Origin: Moniliella sp. 'wahieum'
Taxonomy: Eukaryota
Assembly: GCA_003971905.1 (NCBI GenBank)
Contig: RSEE01000027.1
Coordinates: 124,001 to 188,000, forward strand
Direction of reading: 5' to 3'
Length of the DNA: 64,000 nt
Positions 63,890 through 64,000 of this stretch are shown piece by piece. The notes below the pieces were generated by a model, which searched no databases, was not told the origin of the DNA, and saw nothing but the letters and a program-made list of their open reading frames with translations. Numbering within the stretch: position 1 is the stretch's first letter; every line of letters begins with the position of its first letter. Both the position numbers and the translations under genes were made by a program.

Positions 63890-64000
63890 TCGCGCCTATG
63901 TGATATCTTGAGTAGGACGGCTACCCTGGGGGCCCGGTGCCCACGCAACCCCTTTCCTCCTCTTCCAACCTCGCTTCTCCCTTTTCACGTTGCATGCATC

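Overview
GC-rich, intron-poor eukaryotic (fungal) chromosomal segment; intron signals and gene content suggest a basidiomycete, probably Ustilaginomycotina (inference). Almost every gene is split across reading frames by 1-nt indels, which is best explained by unpolished long-read sequencing error rather than pseudogenisation, so CDS limits are approximate. Recognisable genes: a Gcn4-like bZIP factor, a membrane-anchored GH30 glycoside hydrolase, a protein with two Myb/SANT-like (Harbinger-type) domains, Ohr, SCY1-like pseudokinase, an SHD1/NPF endocytic protein, PMT4, RSE1/SF3B3, STE24, FIG4, a Gti1/Pac2 (WOPR) factor, PP2A B55 (CDC55) and a Reg1-like PP1 regulator. Also present are tRNA-Ala(AGC), an intron-containing tRNA-Arg(ACG), a near full-length CRE-clade (Cnl1/MoTeR-like) non-LTR retrotransposon with an older 5'-truncated relative, and a candidate solo LTR. 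The most striking unexplained signal is in the non-coding DNA: it is full of tandem 7-bp units of the form nnTNAnn, joined directly or through 1-2 nt that are the reverse complement of the adjacent end. This generates most of the A-nnnn-T hexamer palindromes at a 7-bp period. It looks like repeated 7-bp duplication plus hairpin (P-nucleotide) repair, i.e. footprints of an unidentified transposase or nuclease, none of which is recognisable in this window.
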